From NCBI GenBank assembly GCA_904063045.1, contig CAJFCJ010000011.1:868001-932000 (forward strand): DNA of 64,000 bases, written 5' to 3'. Positions 12,925-27,100 of the stretch are shown piece by piece. Source of the stretch: Dimorphilus gyrociliatus (lineage: Eukaryota > Animalia > Annelida). The notes below the pieces were generated by a model. That model was not told where the DNA came from. It saw nothing but the letters and a program-made list of their open reading frames with translations, and ran no database searches. Both the position numbers and the translations under genes were made by a program. Every line of letters starts with the position of its first letter. Within the stretch, counting starts at the first letter, position 1.

Positions 12925-15900
12925 CTAAGCGCCTTTTTCTCTCATTCTACAAATGGTACTCCATATCCGACACATAATTCCTCCTCTATTGAAAAACAAC
13001 TAATTTTATGTTTGATTTTAGCAAAATTAATTCTTACTTTATATTTAAGCGACTTAAGTCATCTCTGGTCATAAGTTTGAGCACATCCGTGTAAGTGTAT
13101 TGCTCTTCAATGAACTAAAAACAAATGTTCTACAATATACCAGTTTTATGAAGAATACAAGATACTCACTATATCGATAGTAGCTTGATCTGCTTGTAAT
13201 TCTTTTAACCAATTGACTAATTGCATATCAAGGCAATTTGCGGGAGTTGCTATGAATGAAAAAAAAAGAGTAAAATTTAATGAATAACTCAAAACTGAAA
13301 AGAAAGCCATGCATATTAATATAAGTTGGTGTTTGTCGAAAAAATTATTATGATTAATTGTTTTAGTAGCTATATGTCACGTTTTCCCTGCTGAATGCCT
13401 AGTGCCATCTGCTAGTAATATTATATAAAGTTTTTTTTATCAGGTTACACTTACTGGGTGCTGTTGAACTTGTTGTTATTAAACTGTTTCGACTGGAATT
13501 TATCGACCTGAGATGATTAATAAGAGAGTTTCGACTGTCCAAGCTATTTTTAAGTAGGGTATTAACTTCTTTCTCTGAGGATATTAAAGATTGCCAAAGT
13601 CTGAAACAGTATATGAATAGAAGATTGGAAGGTGTCAAATTTTATCTAACCTTTGATTTTGCTCTTGCAATTCTTTCAATTCAACCAATAAATGAGATGT
13701 ATCTGTTTTAAGATTATCTGATATTTCCTTTTGACAGTGATTAGTAAATGATACATGACTCTCATCCATTCTGGCTCTCTCATCTGCAGGCTGAAAAACG
13801 TATTGCAATGTTAAGAGTGCGCTCTGATAAGCTTCATTCATGATCGCTTGATAACCAAAAACCCAATGAGGCTCAATCTGATGGTGTTTTTTGATGATGC
13901 TTAAAACTGCATTAGGAAACATTGCCAAAATATTAGCTAATTCGTGAAATAAGTCAACATCAAATGTTTCTTGATTGAAAACCGTCGGCTCAGGAAAAAA
14001 CTTTTGTTTTCCTTCTTCCACGTCTGCAGAATTTGAAAATAAGTTACTAAATATTCTCTTCCAAACGGCTTCTCTCTTCTCAGGTATGTTTTCATCAATA
14101 TAGCTAATAACTCCATCATAAATTTTTCCATAGTATTCACTACATTTCGTTGAGCCTTTTATATCCTTAACATATGATCTCCATTCCGCAATAATCAATT
14201 TCTATGGATTAATGCTTAATGTTAGATGCCAACGTTTACTTTTGCTATGCAAATTCAATTAAAGATCGTATTTACCCTTTGCTCTTCATCTTTCATTATA
14301 TTCTTGAATGTTTGCCTTCTTTCAGTTTCTCTTTGGTGAAATTGTACAAAATCAGCTCCCTGCATTGTGTCGGCTTGTTCAATTTCCGGTGTTGCTGAGG
14401 GTGATACAATATCACTTGGTTGAGAATCCATACTGATTTGAAAAAGAGAAACATGTAAGAGCATTCAATTAAGTTTAAAAAATTTTAGGGATTGATTGTT
14501 TAAAGCTGATTCCTTGCAATCGCTAGCGCAATCTATTTTTGTGTTATTAGATAGTTTAAATAGAATATTTGTAGGAAAAAAGTCGAAAGCCTGTTTTGTT
14601 AGAGAGCCAGATTTAAATGATAGCATGCCGTATTTCCATGTAGTTGCCTTTTCCTCTTTTTCCCTTAGTTATGTGAAAGTTTTTTATATCAGAGGAGTCA
14701 GATCGAATATTTGTCAAAATCAAATCAGTTTTAAAATCATTCATATTCAAATCTCAAGAAAGTTAATGGTGTAGAGTTTTTGCTTCTAAAAAAAGTGATA
14801 GCTTCTTTGGAGAAAATATTGAATGATACACAGCAAAAAAAATTGCTGTTTCTTGATCACACATTGATGAAATTATTTAAAAATAGATTAAAACAAAATT
14901 CGATCTGCTTTAGTGGAAAATTTTTGCTTTTAAATCGTCTCTTATCAATATTAGTCTATCATAAAGAGCTCTTTTTTATATATTTGACTAATATTGCAAA
15001 TCTCTGGTATTTAATATCCATCTGCAGGAAAACTTTAAAAATTTTACTAAGTGTATAGCTTATTGGCGTAAAACAAAAAACTTAATTTAGAAAAATAGTC
15101 GAAATAATTAAAATTCTATTCCAAAAATGAGATTCACCCTTAACAATGTTTTTAAAGCACTTTAAATGAAATTTATGTCCACTAGGAAACAGAGATTTTG
15201 AAGAAAAATTCCCACAAGCAACTACACCGGTCTAAAATCATTGAATATTTGCTAAATTTAACTTATCCAAGTATATGATATTTAACACTATTTTCTCATC
15301 TTCTACCTGAAAGACCTAGATCTTTGACCATCCCAGTTGACCGTCAAATATTGTCCATCATTATTTCTGCTGTACATAGAAAAAGCACACAAATACAGGT
15401 TTGTCTATTTCTAAAAATAAATCTAATAATCTAGAAAATGTAAGGATAATAAAGTTTTCACACAGGATAAGAGCGTCTACAATAAAACAGCCACTCACTT
15501 CGGTATTTCCTCTTCTATCGTTCCGCTCGAGCGCCTGCGTTATTAAATCAACGTAGCTAACAAGATTATTTGGATTACATAGGGTATTCTAATGTTTACG
15601 ACAATGTTAAAATCTTTAAAATTTTGAGTTTTAGGACTCAAATTAAACAGGGAGTCAGAAAAGCAAATCTTTGTTAGTAAGAGTGACAGTAATATTGCAA
15701 TATTGCACTGCAATAGGAATATAACTATTAGGAAATAGAAGAAGAAATATTGCTTAATTTTTTTTCTAATATTTTCCCTGTTAGACATTCAAACATAATT
15801 TAGATTCAATTAAGCAGAAGTGAACTTTTGACTGTAAAAATAGAATAGGAATAGCAATGAACATATGAGAAGAGTAAATATGTTCTTTTGATAGTTTAAA

Positions 15901-18900
15901 ATCGAATTTTGGTTTATTACCATTATGATATAAATTATTTAATAAATAATAATTCTCTTTCATAAAAACTACTTGAATGATTTAGAAACACAAAAAGAGA
16001 TTAAAACATGTTTAATTGCGCATGCGTTTGTAAATGTAGGTTGGTTGGATTAATTCTGGTGAATCTTTAAGCGAAATGAAAAGTAAAAAAAATACCGGTC
16101 TGGATTTAAAGTTATCCTCAGATTTGGAGATTTCATACGACCTATGTGAGATGATGGTAGTTCACCAGTTTGACTTGAAAATCTATGCAAGGAATTAGGA
16201 GACTCCGTTCGATGATGTTGAATTCCAGGCACTAGCATAAAGAGATATTAATTAATTGATTATTTACATCAAAGTCAATAACAAGTAGAAAAAAAATGAA
16301 ATCATGAGATAAAATATATAGTTAGCGCACATTTTGCTAGGTAATTAATTATATATGCATCTAAAGCTTAGTAGTTTAATTAAATCATTTAAGGTCTTCA
16401 AAAGTTAAGACTTACTTGAAACGCTTCGAGCAAATTTATCAGCACTAGACGGCGCCACTTTCCGCCGCTTACTCGGGTTACTTTTACTGTTAGGAAACAT
16501 TTGAGTGATAGAATTAAAAAATTTTTAAAAATTGTTTAGTTCTGTCAATTTTAGGTGTTTTAGATGGAAAAAGCTACTTACTCAGAAAGGAAAGGATGCT
16601 CAAGCAGTTGTGCGGCTGTAGGTCGTTTGGTTGGATCTTTTTCAAAGCACCTGAATAAATGATTGTGATAATATATTCACCTAGGTCTTATCTTCGATGC
16701 CTATTTGCATTAATCGGAAATCTAAATCTTTATGCGGTCCAAATACCAGAGCGAATTATAAATATTATTTTAAAGTATTGGTCAATATTTTGTTCGCTAC
16801 GAAAAAATTCAATGAAATGTACGATACTCACTTTGATAAAAAGTCTTGAGCATATTCTGATAACTGATCTGGTACCTCTGGGTGCATCTTAAATTTTCCA
16901 ACCTGGAAAAGGACATGAGATTGAGGTCCTAATTCCATAAAAGGAGGTTTTCCAGTTGCCATCTCAATAACTGTACACCCTAAACTCCAAATATCAGCTG
17001 CAGGCCCATAACCCTGAGGGCCTATAGCAATAACCTCAGGTGCCATGTACTGAACTGTACCGGCAAATGTTTCCGCTAGAGGGTTTATGCCATTCAGTCT
17101 TTTTGATGTTCCAAAATCAGATATTTTAACCGTGCCCGAGTATGTATTAACAAGTACATTACCACCTTTAATATCCCGATGAACAATTTTCATATCATGC
17201 TGAAATACATTGAAATATAACAGATGTAAATGTAAAACTACAATTTAAGAATCGAACCAAGTATTTCAATCCTTTTAAAATTTGTTTCGTATAGTATACA
17301 ATTGTACCTTCCCTATCAATTAACTTTCCCCAAACAGAACTTAACAATCTAGATAAAGTGCCTCCTGGCACTCTTTCCATAAATATTTTAAAAAAACCTG
17401 TAAAATTGAAACGAAGGGTTATACTGTAATCAAGAGAATAAAAGTTAACTCTTTTATTACCTCCTTCACTAACAGATCCTAAATATTTTACAATATTTTT
17501 ATGAGATAATTTTGATTGCAAGACAATTTCTTCGTGCAATGTTTGTACTTCACTGAGAAGAAGTTATTCTATATATATATTATTATCTAACTGTTATTTA
17601 GTAAGAAACCTACTCATTATGCACTTCAGGTATTTCTTTAACAGCTATGCTTACTTGAGTATTTACATCTCTTGCTGCATAAACTGTTCCGTAAGTTCCT
17701 TTTCCCAACATAATTCTATCTCCCTTTTGATCAAGTTCATATTCGTACTGTTTTGAATCATAATTGGAAAAATAGTTATAAAACTAATAATAAAATATAC
17801 GTTTATGCTGGGGCCTTCCATTTTTGTTTCCATTTCAGTCAAATTTAGACAACTTTCTAAACCATCCAAAGTATCTCGAACTAGTGCGTAAAATCTTTTA
17901 CTATGCAAATCCGATGGAAAGTATAATTTGAAAGTATCCGCATAATCATGGACATGTAAAACAGCAGCACGATTGTCTATTTTTAGCAAACTAACAAATC
18001 GTATAGAAGTTGGAGAAAATTTCCAACTCTGTTCTGAAAGACCTTCAGCATTTTCGGCAACATATTCGATTGTTATTAAAGTTTGATCATCATCATATTG
18101 ATCAGAGACATTGATTTGAGTGTTACAAGGGATTAAATTTTTGTTTGTGACGCCGTCCTCGGCCAAGAGAACCTTTAAAAAAGTTAATATTATCGGATTA
18201 ACTTAACTTTTAATGATATTTGATTAAACTAACTGGCCAAGTTGTAGAACTCTCATCGCTTGCACCTTCACTGAAGAAATAAAACCAAAATTCGAATAAT
18301 TTTTCGTCCTCATCCTTGTCAAAAAAATCGAAATCAACGCTTTCACCTTTCTTTTTCTTTAATTCTCTTCTATAATTAGTAATAAGTTTTATATTACCCA
18401 TCGTTGATTTTAAATACCATATAGGAGGTTCCAACTTGAACATAACTTCAGCAGCTTGGCTAGCTTTTGCATAATCTTCCGCAAGGACAGATATCTCAAA
18501 AAAAGTTGCTACGTCCCAATAATCGGTTAGATCTTGCAAGGTGCCTTTCTTTCCAATTAAATTATTCAGGTGGAGAAATATATCCCTTAACATGGCTGAT
18601 TCTGAAAGACAATCGCCAGATATAACCATAAGAGTAGCTAAGTTAATGCCAGCATATTCATTAGGTTGTCTAACATAACCTCTTCTATACCTTTTAACAA
18701 GAGATAATATATTTATTAACTTATATGAAACACTTTTTAAAAATATATATCAACCATTCAACAGCATTCTTCAAAGCGTCTGTATCTGCACAATTGGATT
18801 CAACAAACTTGTCTTTGTAAATCCTACCACAAAGGCATGTAATGTCGGGTGGTACTTCTTCATCTTTTTTATTTTTCACTGCCTGTGAATATGAACAATT

Positions 18901-21679
18901 GTATTATTTTGTAAATAAGAGAATTAAGCTTGATTACAAACTTCTTGTATAACTGTTAGTGCCTTATCCCTATCGCCAGTTTTATTTCTTCGATTTAAAG
19001 CAAAAGCATACATATTTTGTATATGTAACTCTTCAGCGATTTTTGTATCAGGAATTCGTTTGACGTCTTCAACTAGAGAAACCATTTCGTCATAGTCTTG
19101 AACTTCTCTATACGAGAGTAGCATATTTAAGATGACTTCTGGAGTAAGATTATTTAAATCCATCAATCTGTTTCTAAAAGCTTTAAGCCTCTAAAAAAGT
19201 TTGAAATTATAGGAATTAAAGGAATTATAGTATCAGAACAAATATTTAGCACTTTCGTACCTTGCTTAATTCCTCCATATCGTTGGCATGCTTTTGTCTG
19301 GCTTTACGAATATCAGCAATAAATTTTTCGGTCGATCTCGTACTGTTAATACATTTAAATAAAGAAAAAATTGGCAATGATGAGAGATCCTACAGACAAC
19401 ATAATATTTAAAACCTAATGATTCAATTTTGAGTAAAAAAAAGAGATTCACTCAGATAAAATATTAGATTTAATATAATAATTCTTTTCCCCATTCGCTT
19501 GTGAAATATATTATTTCTAAACTTATAATTTAAAATAAAATAATAGTTTCATTAAAGTTTACGTTTAAATTTTAAGAAAAGCATAAGCTAGATGTAGACT
19601 TTTAAAAATCGTAAAATCTTATGTCAATATTTTTTAGTTTCTAATTTACACATTATTTGAAAAACGTAGTTTTTATTTGCTATTAGCTTTTAGCTGCTTG
19701 AGCGAATATCTCGTAGGATTTCATTTTCTTGTGAGGGAAAAAGAACTTAACTTAACTAAACTAACCTGATTTTAATGTTTTAGAAGTGACAAAGGAATCT
19801 CGATAAAACATTTTAAAAGTTGTATTTTTCTTTATGGCTGTTTATGGTACTTTTATCAGTTTTTGTTAGTAAAAAAGAAATTTCTTTATTTTAAATCTAT
19901 AATCAATTTTTTAATCGCAATATTCTCTTTCTTTAAAGATATTTTCTATTTATAATTAATAATTAATTGACGATCATGATTGAAATTTACGTGTCATTGT
20001 TACTAAATCTTTCTCTTCATATTGCTGAAATCGTAATAAAAGTTTACATGGGGATTTCAAAGCTAGTGAAAAAATTAACTTTTGGGTAAATTATTATTAT
20101 TCTATGAAGAAATACAAGCAATAACGCATTCATATTCATATAGTTAGTTTTTATAGTATTATTCTAAATTATTAAGGGCTAGTCTAAGTTTGATAAGATA
20201 ATGTAGCTTATTTGGTGGGAGCTTTTATTATGATTTAGTTGAGTGTGCAAGGGGTGCATATATAACAACATATTATGCAAATATACCAACTAGGTTTTTT
20301 GTTGAACTTTCTTTAGTATATGTCTAAATTTCGCTTGCAAAGAATAAGGTTGGTCCGGTCGTAATTGGCAAGCAGACATGCTTTGGCTTAAATCCAGTTT
20401 TCCAAATAGTTCCATTACAATGCAACAATTAATGTCGTCTTTAAAAGTATATGGAATAAATTCTGTGGAAAACATGAAAATTTTTTAAAATTTATTAGAT
20501 GACACAGATTGTATGTAAACTGGTTAAGAAATTTACTGCTGACTCTGTATTGTGTAATAATTGCGTATCGTATGATTCATTTCATTTTGATTAGGTTTGC
20601 AAAATAATTTTCAGTCTTTCTACGTTGTGCTTAGAGAAGGCTAGACTACTAAAAAAACCTAATATAGTTTGATATAAACCGCCTTGAGTCGACAACCCAA
20701 GTAATCGGCCCAATCATGGATACACTTAGTGCAGTTACCTAAAATCGCAAGATATTTGCTGAAAATTTAAAGGAGTATTTCTCTGAGAAGCAAAATTTTG
20801 CTCATAGGTAAGAATTTATATAAAAAAAACCTAAAGAACATATTCATTTTGTAGGCCTATTCAATTGTTTAACACCTGAACAAATTGAGTTATAAATAGA
20901 GAATAATTCTGGAGTAAAAGAATGCAAGAAATTTCCAACTGCTATTTCTATTTTTTAACCACTTGAACTTTCGTACGAGTCATTTATATCGATTTAGATT
21001 ATGTACAATGTAGATTACTTTTAAAGATATATAACTTAGAACTAGCAAGTAGTTGTCATCTCTACCTATTTTAAGTTGGTAACATTCATGCTGAAATGTT
21101 CCATCTGTTGTTCGTACAAACTAAAATACAACATATCTTATTGTTTATTTATATTCTACATCAGTTCGGCTTCTTAGAAGTAAAATTTAGGCTGATTTTT
21201 TTAGTTAATAAAAAGATGAGTCTTATATAAATCATTGTGAACTAGGGTATGAACGAAAAATGCAAACCTGCATTACTACAACTATTCTTAACTGAACTAG
21301 CTGCTTGAAATTTCGGCTGATGCATAATCAAAATAGATTCTGACATTCCAGAACTTTCCCTAACTCCAACATGATACATCAGTGCACTTTGCTGTGTGTC
21401 AATGGACGTGTCTACGACAGCCACATCAGCGTTGTAAAATGTATCTAATGTTGCTCCTTCCCCAAAATCTAACTTTTCGAAAGGTATATGAATCAGTTCA
21501 AGTTTCAATTCATTGCATATCTTTTGCAAATCCTCAAAAGCCGACTTTCGAGCAGACACAGCATTAGCGACGTTATATTCCAATTTTCCTCCAGCCACAC
21601 TCGTAAGCGTAATTACACAAGCTACAGAAAGTTTTGCTGTAGAAGGTGGGTCGTTTTTAGGACTTTTCGTTGTTGCCAT
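12925..21679 (-). CDS. MAP3K15: ASK-family MAP kinase kinase kinase (MAP3K5/6/15 co-orthologue), multi-exon
   Basis: N-terminal [32 protein letters not shown]; TPR-like region [27 protein letters not shown]; PH-like region; kinase [44 protein letters not shown]; HQIEPHWVF; C-terminal SAM ([28 protein letters not shown]), TAG at 12925-12927. Some small exons at 15200-15540 are uncertain. Confidence 0.92.
16442..16456 (+). promoter_or_regulatory. CTCF-like motif in a MAP3K intron
   Basis: GCACTAGACGGCGCC, close to CCACTAGATGGCGCY. Confidence 0.45.
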
Positions 21680-22989
21680 AACTACGGTTGAAACTAAGGA
21701 AATAAAAATATTAATTTATGAATGAAAATAATATTTTGAGTATTGTTTACCGATCACTAGGAGATAGAATTATCTTCGACTTAACTTTTCAAGGATTTAT
21801 CCTATAAAACCATCTCAAAGTCAAAATATCTGATGGAGAAATAAAAATTGTTACTGATAATACTTTTAAAACGCTGCTTCAACAAAAGACGAATTAATAT
21901 TTTTTTTGGCGCTTCTTTCATAAAAGCTTTATGATTAAACAAAAGGTATAATAAAAATCAGGTAATTAATATATAGAGACATACTTAATCTATATTTCAT
22001 TATCATGTGTGGTGCGTTTGCGATAGATAGCATGTGATCACAAAAAGTTTTTAAATCAAATAATTTAGTCATTCATCATGTTCTAAGTACATAAAATAAT
22101 TTTACTCGATGTAGAGAGTTCATAGTATGTAATTATGTTTGGCTATTAAAAGACGATTGCTAAGAAAATAAAAAGTTAGTGAACCCTGTGAGCTCACTTT
22201 GTAATTTAAAAAAAAGATCGTTTAAGTTATCTTAACAGAATTTGAGATTAAAATATATATATATAATCTTGGTCATAGTTCAGTAGGTTAAATGTCAACA
22301 ATTAAGTTGGGAGTTGAAAGATATGATTGGCGACAAAGAGTCTTCGACCCCTGGATTAACTATTATATAACATTTAATAAGAAAAGTACTAGATTGTCCA
22401 AACATGTACATATAAAATTAGCGCCTAAATATCAAAATAAGTTTTCTATTTATCTTTAAAAGCGAAACAATGCATTCGTCCACGAATAATATTAAATTCC
22501 TCACCTCTACCTAAAAATCAACAATCACTATTAGTCTGGTTCGATCGACTCAACCACCGGAGACAGAACCAAGCTAAAAGCAAAATATTGAAAACAAAGT
22601 TAATGCGTTTCCGTTGCTCCACTCCTTGCTCTTTATATTCGTAAAAGATGTTTTAAAAAATTAGTTAAAATAATGCAGTTTCCAACTGTTGAAATTTAAT
22701 ATAGCATGCAATTTCTGTTCACAGTACGAGCGAAAAACTACCAGAGGAAGCTCGATTTAACTGAAATATTTCCTGCTCCAATCGAACAACAGTTTAAAAA
22801 AGTAATCGCAGTCTGCAGTAGGGTTTAATAGCCAATACTTTATATCTCTGACCACAAATTTTCGTTAAAAATGAGAATTAAAAAATAGAAAATAATAAAA
22901 ACGTCAAAGTAAATAGGTGGAGTGGAGGTGAAATACTAAAAGTGCGAAATTTATTCGAACTTTCACATAAAACACAGTGTCCTTTATTG

Positions 22990-23001
22990 TGCGCATGCGC
23001 A
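22990..23001. promoter_or_regulatory. NRF1-type site in the divergent MAP3K / orphan-gene promoter region
   Basis: Perfect TGCGCATGCGCA about 110 bp upstream of the putative orphan-gene ATG. Confidence 0.6.
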
Positions 23002-23109
23002 GATTGTCTCAACTGGAAATTCAAACATCTTGAGTGTCCGAAACACTGATCTAATTCAGATTTTAAATGAACAGTTCATCACACCTATATTTAAACATCG
23101 TCAGGAAAT

Positions 23110-24003
23110 ATGAATGGTTATAAATCTTTCTGAATTAGTTTTAAATGTTATACTAATTAGTTTCTTTCGACAGATTTTCACGATAAAAAAGCCATACTTT
23201 GTATGTTTACGGAAATGTGCATTTTTCTAAATAAAGGGGAATGTTTAAAAATTTTGATTAATTATCAGAATGCAGAATTATGTGATACATGTTTATTATC
23301 AGCATCTATTAGACGCCTACAAAATTCGATTAATCGTGAGAAATGGCTGGATTTATTTAACTTGGTTTTGGAGTTTAACTGGACGCAAATACTGGAACTA
23401 GATGGCAGCCTCTCGAAGAGTGATATCTGTCAAATTTTTCTCACCACATCTAAGTTAGCCTGCTGCTTTTCATTAAGGTAATTGCGAAATCTTCTGACGT
23501 AACAATGAGTACCATTATGTCAAGAATAAACAGACCTGTTGAATGGGACAGCTATTTCAAAATTTTTTTTTTTTAGGGAAGCTGAAGATATAAATGAAGA
23601 CTTTTTAAAAGACATTTTAGGAAAGTTCATATACAAAGGGTGTGAAGTGCTAATGGAAGCTAATTTGGAAGGGCTGGAAGTGGCAAACCTTGGTGAAGAA
23701 GCAAAAAAATTTATCAGAAAATTGAAAAGCATTGTGAAAAATGAAAATAGGAACTATTTATTATATAGAATGCTCTTAGCAACTAAATTGGAACTTCCTG
23801 ACAAATTTAATCCTTTAATATCAGTTTTATGTAAAAGTAGACCTACACCAGTATTATTCAATGATGACAGTTCCTCTACGTACGCTGCTCTAAAAGGTAA
23901 ATATGGGAAAGACGTTGACTACGTTCTCGAAGAGATTTGTATTAATCGTGAAATTCCTGAGGATTCTAAACTATTAAAAGCTGTAGAAACTTTATGTAAT
24001 TGA
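23110..24003 (+). CDS. Uncharacterised ~250-aa, probably helical, protein (no family recognised)
   Basis: ORFs 23203-23481 and 23539-24003 join in frame (TTAAG|GTAATT ... TTTTTAG|GGAA, giving CCFSLR-EAEDINEDFLK). The start at 23110 uses a weak GTTATA donor and is tentative. Confidence 0.6.
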
Positions 24004-24102
24004 ACAAGACTTTTAATTTGTTATTTTATTAAATTTTCATTTGTGGAAAAGTACAATGCAATATAATTATAAAAATTAATCGATACCAAACAAAGAAATC
24101 TA

Positions 24103-27100
24103 CTATTGATTCGGTTTAGTTCGTTTAAAATTAACAAGTTCCTGACCCCTTTTAGCCAAAAGTTCAGCCTCTTCTTTTTTAGAAATTATAGTTTCTCTGT
24201 CCCTTGCAATCTCCGAAAAAATCTACATCAAAAAAATAAAAAATTGAAATACTTAAACGATATTTTAAATAAAAGCAAACCATTTCAATTTCCTTGGAAA
24301 TTTCTGTAGAAAGATTATCATTATCGCTCCCTTTGAGGTCCATTAATTGTTTTAGAATATCTTCATTTTTTGCAACTTTCTGTTTCAGTTGTTTATAATT
24401 TCGTAGGAAACTCTTAATCTTGAACATTTCTTCTTCTAAGGAAAGCGAGTTTCTTTCTTCTTTGTTTTCGCTCATGAAAGCTGTTGGTGGAAGTAAACTA
24501 ATCTTCTTGGGCTTAGGGTCTTTTTCCTCCGAAAATTCCCTAGGGGATTGCAATTTTACCTTTTCAAATGATTTGAGAGAGGGCTTATTAGTTTCTTTGG
24601 GAGAAGAAGTTACTTCATTAACGTGTCTTTTAAATTCTTGATCATCAGGTTTTTCCCCAGAAATGCTGGTAATGAGCCCGTCGCTATTTAAAGAATCAAC
24701 AAGGAAATCAGGTTTTCTTGGTTTTTCCCTTGCTTTGACAATAGGTAAGCTATCACTACTTATAGGATCAGCGAACTGAACTTTTAGCTTGACTTTTGGC
24801 TGAGATTTTTCCACCGAAGACGATAATTGACATGAAGGTTTTTCTGATCTGCTCAAAGACTTTTTGGACGCCCAAAATTTCCAATGAGAAATAACCTTAA
24901 GGGCTAGAGAAAACTCTCTTTGTGATTCGGTCTCATTCCTTGATAAAGCCATCTTTCTTTTTAAATTCTGAAGTTGATCTGCTGTTTTTATCCAATCTGA
25001 TACAGCCGATTTTAGTAGTCTGTTTCTATATTCATCGAGTGCAAGCTTGTACATTTCTTTCTTATATTTCCTTTTCTCAATGTACCTTTTCCAAATTTCC
25101 ATACTCTTCCATTGTAGTTTCATACTCCAATGCCAGAGCGCAATTGCTGTTTGAGAATTTTGCTTTTCTTTGGCAATAAGGGAATTTTGCCAAGTTAGCC
25201 AAGAAGTCTTTTTTAGTTTTTGAGAATAATAGTTTTGAGCTTGCTGCTTCATTATGGACGTTTTTTGGTTGTTTTTTATATAGGCAACCCAGGATCTGAA
25301 AACTTTAACTTTTATAGAATATGCAAATCTTAAAGAAGCTCGTTCATTGTCAAGCCTATTCATCAAAACGATATCTCTCTTGCTTTTCCAAAGAGTGAAA
25401 TAATACTGTAAACAAGAAGACCGCAATCTTTCTCGACAGTCATTTATAATGTCTGATTGATCCCTGGTCTTTTCTATTCTACGAACAGTATAGCTTCTCC
25501 ACTCTTTGATAACATTTCCTGCCAATTTAGCATTAAAATAAATTTCAGCTATTTGCATATAATTTTTTTCTGATTTCCAAATTGTCACCATTTCCCTCCA
25601 TGTAGTAAATGACGAACAAAGAAGCTTTGTTGAATATCGCTTAGAAAATTTTTCAGCTTTTTCATTAAATATCGAGCTGTTATGCACATTTATTTTCAAG
25701 CAGTGAAATACTTGCTTGAACAATTTTGTATGGAAAAACTTATCGGCTCTCTCAATCTTTGCTTTCTTTTGTTTTTGATAGTTTTTGTACGATCTTAAAG
25801 TATTGAAACTAATTTTTAACAGTTTTATGCAATAGAAATTTTGAGAAAAAATTTCCTTGATTCGTTTGTCATTTTTAGCATTGGTGTACATCATCCAGTA
25901 GCTTAAATATTTTTTCATTATGTTATGAAAATAATGCTCATCAGCGATCTCCTAAAACATTTATTTTATTTAAAATTAGTTATTGAAAAAAATAATTAAC
26001 TGGACATTTACCATTTGCGTTTGTACCATTAAAGCTCTTTCAGCTTTCATTCTCCATAATTCAAACGTCTGTTTCAAAATTAACTTTTCTCTGTGTAGTA
26101 GAGCAATTCGTGTGTTCAATCGATGCTCTCTGTTTCTTTCCAACCGGTCTTTCCAATGATAGAAAACCATAGAATATAAGCTCTCTGTTCTAAATTGCAG
26201 CGAATCTTCTAATAATTCTCTTTTATATCTTCTAAACTCTGTATAAGTCTTGAGGTTATTGAACATTTTAGGTAAAATTTTTGAAGAAAATTGTAAATCA
26301 GCAGTAGCATTCAAACTCCTTTTATGTCTCCTGTGGTTAACATAGTTTACAAGTTTTAGTAAAGATTTTTTTAGCAATTGTTTTGAATAATGAGTTTGCG
26401 CTGTTTTTATTTGATTATATTGAATTATTTCATCTCTTTGATCGCATCTCTTTAACCACATTTGCCAAGCAAATTTTAGTAAAGATTTTTTTCTTAAGTT
26501 CTGAGATAATTCATTACGATATTCTTGATTTTTCTTGATTTTCATAAACAATTTCCAAGCACATAAGTAGGTTCTCTAAAATTAAAATTGTCCTATATTA
26601 TTTAGTATATTAAGAAACCCTTTACATTACTTTCGTCTTCAGTTCATGATATTCACTAGCCTTCTTTTGCAAGTCTTTTTTCTTCTGACGTAAAACGATA
26701 ACTGTAATATGTTAAGAAAAATATCTTCTATTTGATAAAAAAAAAATATGAAAGATTCGTGTCAAGAAAAAGGATACGAAATTTCCATTTTTCGAGAACA
26801 AGTCGCAGTTGAAATTTTCGTCCGAGCTCGTTTATACGGTGTTCATGTTCCCTTTGACAATAAATAATGTTACACTTTACCTTCCATATATTGAAGCATT
26901 TTGATACTAAGGAATTGTTGCTCAAATCCGAAATTTTGTCTGTCAAGAAATATTATATTTATATAATTATAAAGAATTGGAAACTTAGATAAATAATTCC
27001 CAAAATAACCCTACTATTAAAGTTTTTTCGAAGTCGTCGATGGTATGTATATGTTATCCAAGCCTTCCAAGTTTTTGAAAGCAAGCAACATTTGCTGTGG

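Noticed and set aside
14496-15963. ORFs 14496-14774, 14780-15058, 15543-15788 and 15781-15963
   Set aside because: They lie in MAP3K introns, have low-complexity F/L/K/I composition typical of AT-rich non-coding DNA, and show no domain.
23395-23409. CTCF-like GAACTAGATGGCAGC
   Set aside because: It falls inside a coding exon of the orphan gene (ELDGS codons), so protein constraint can explain it.
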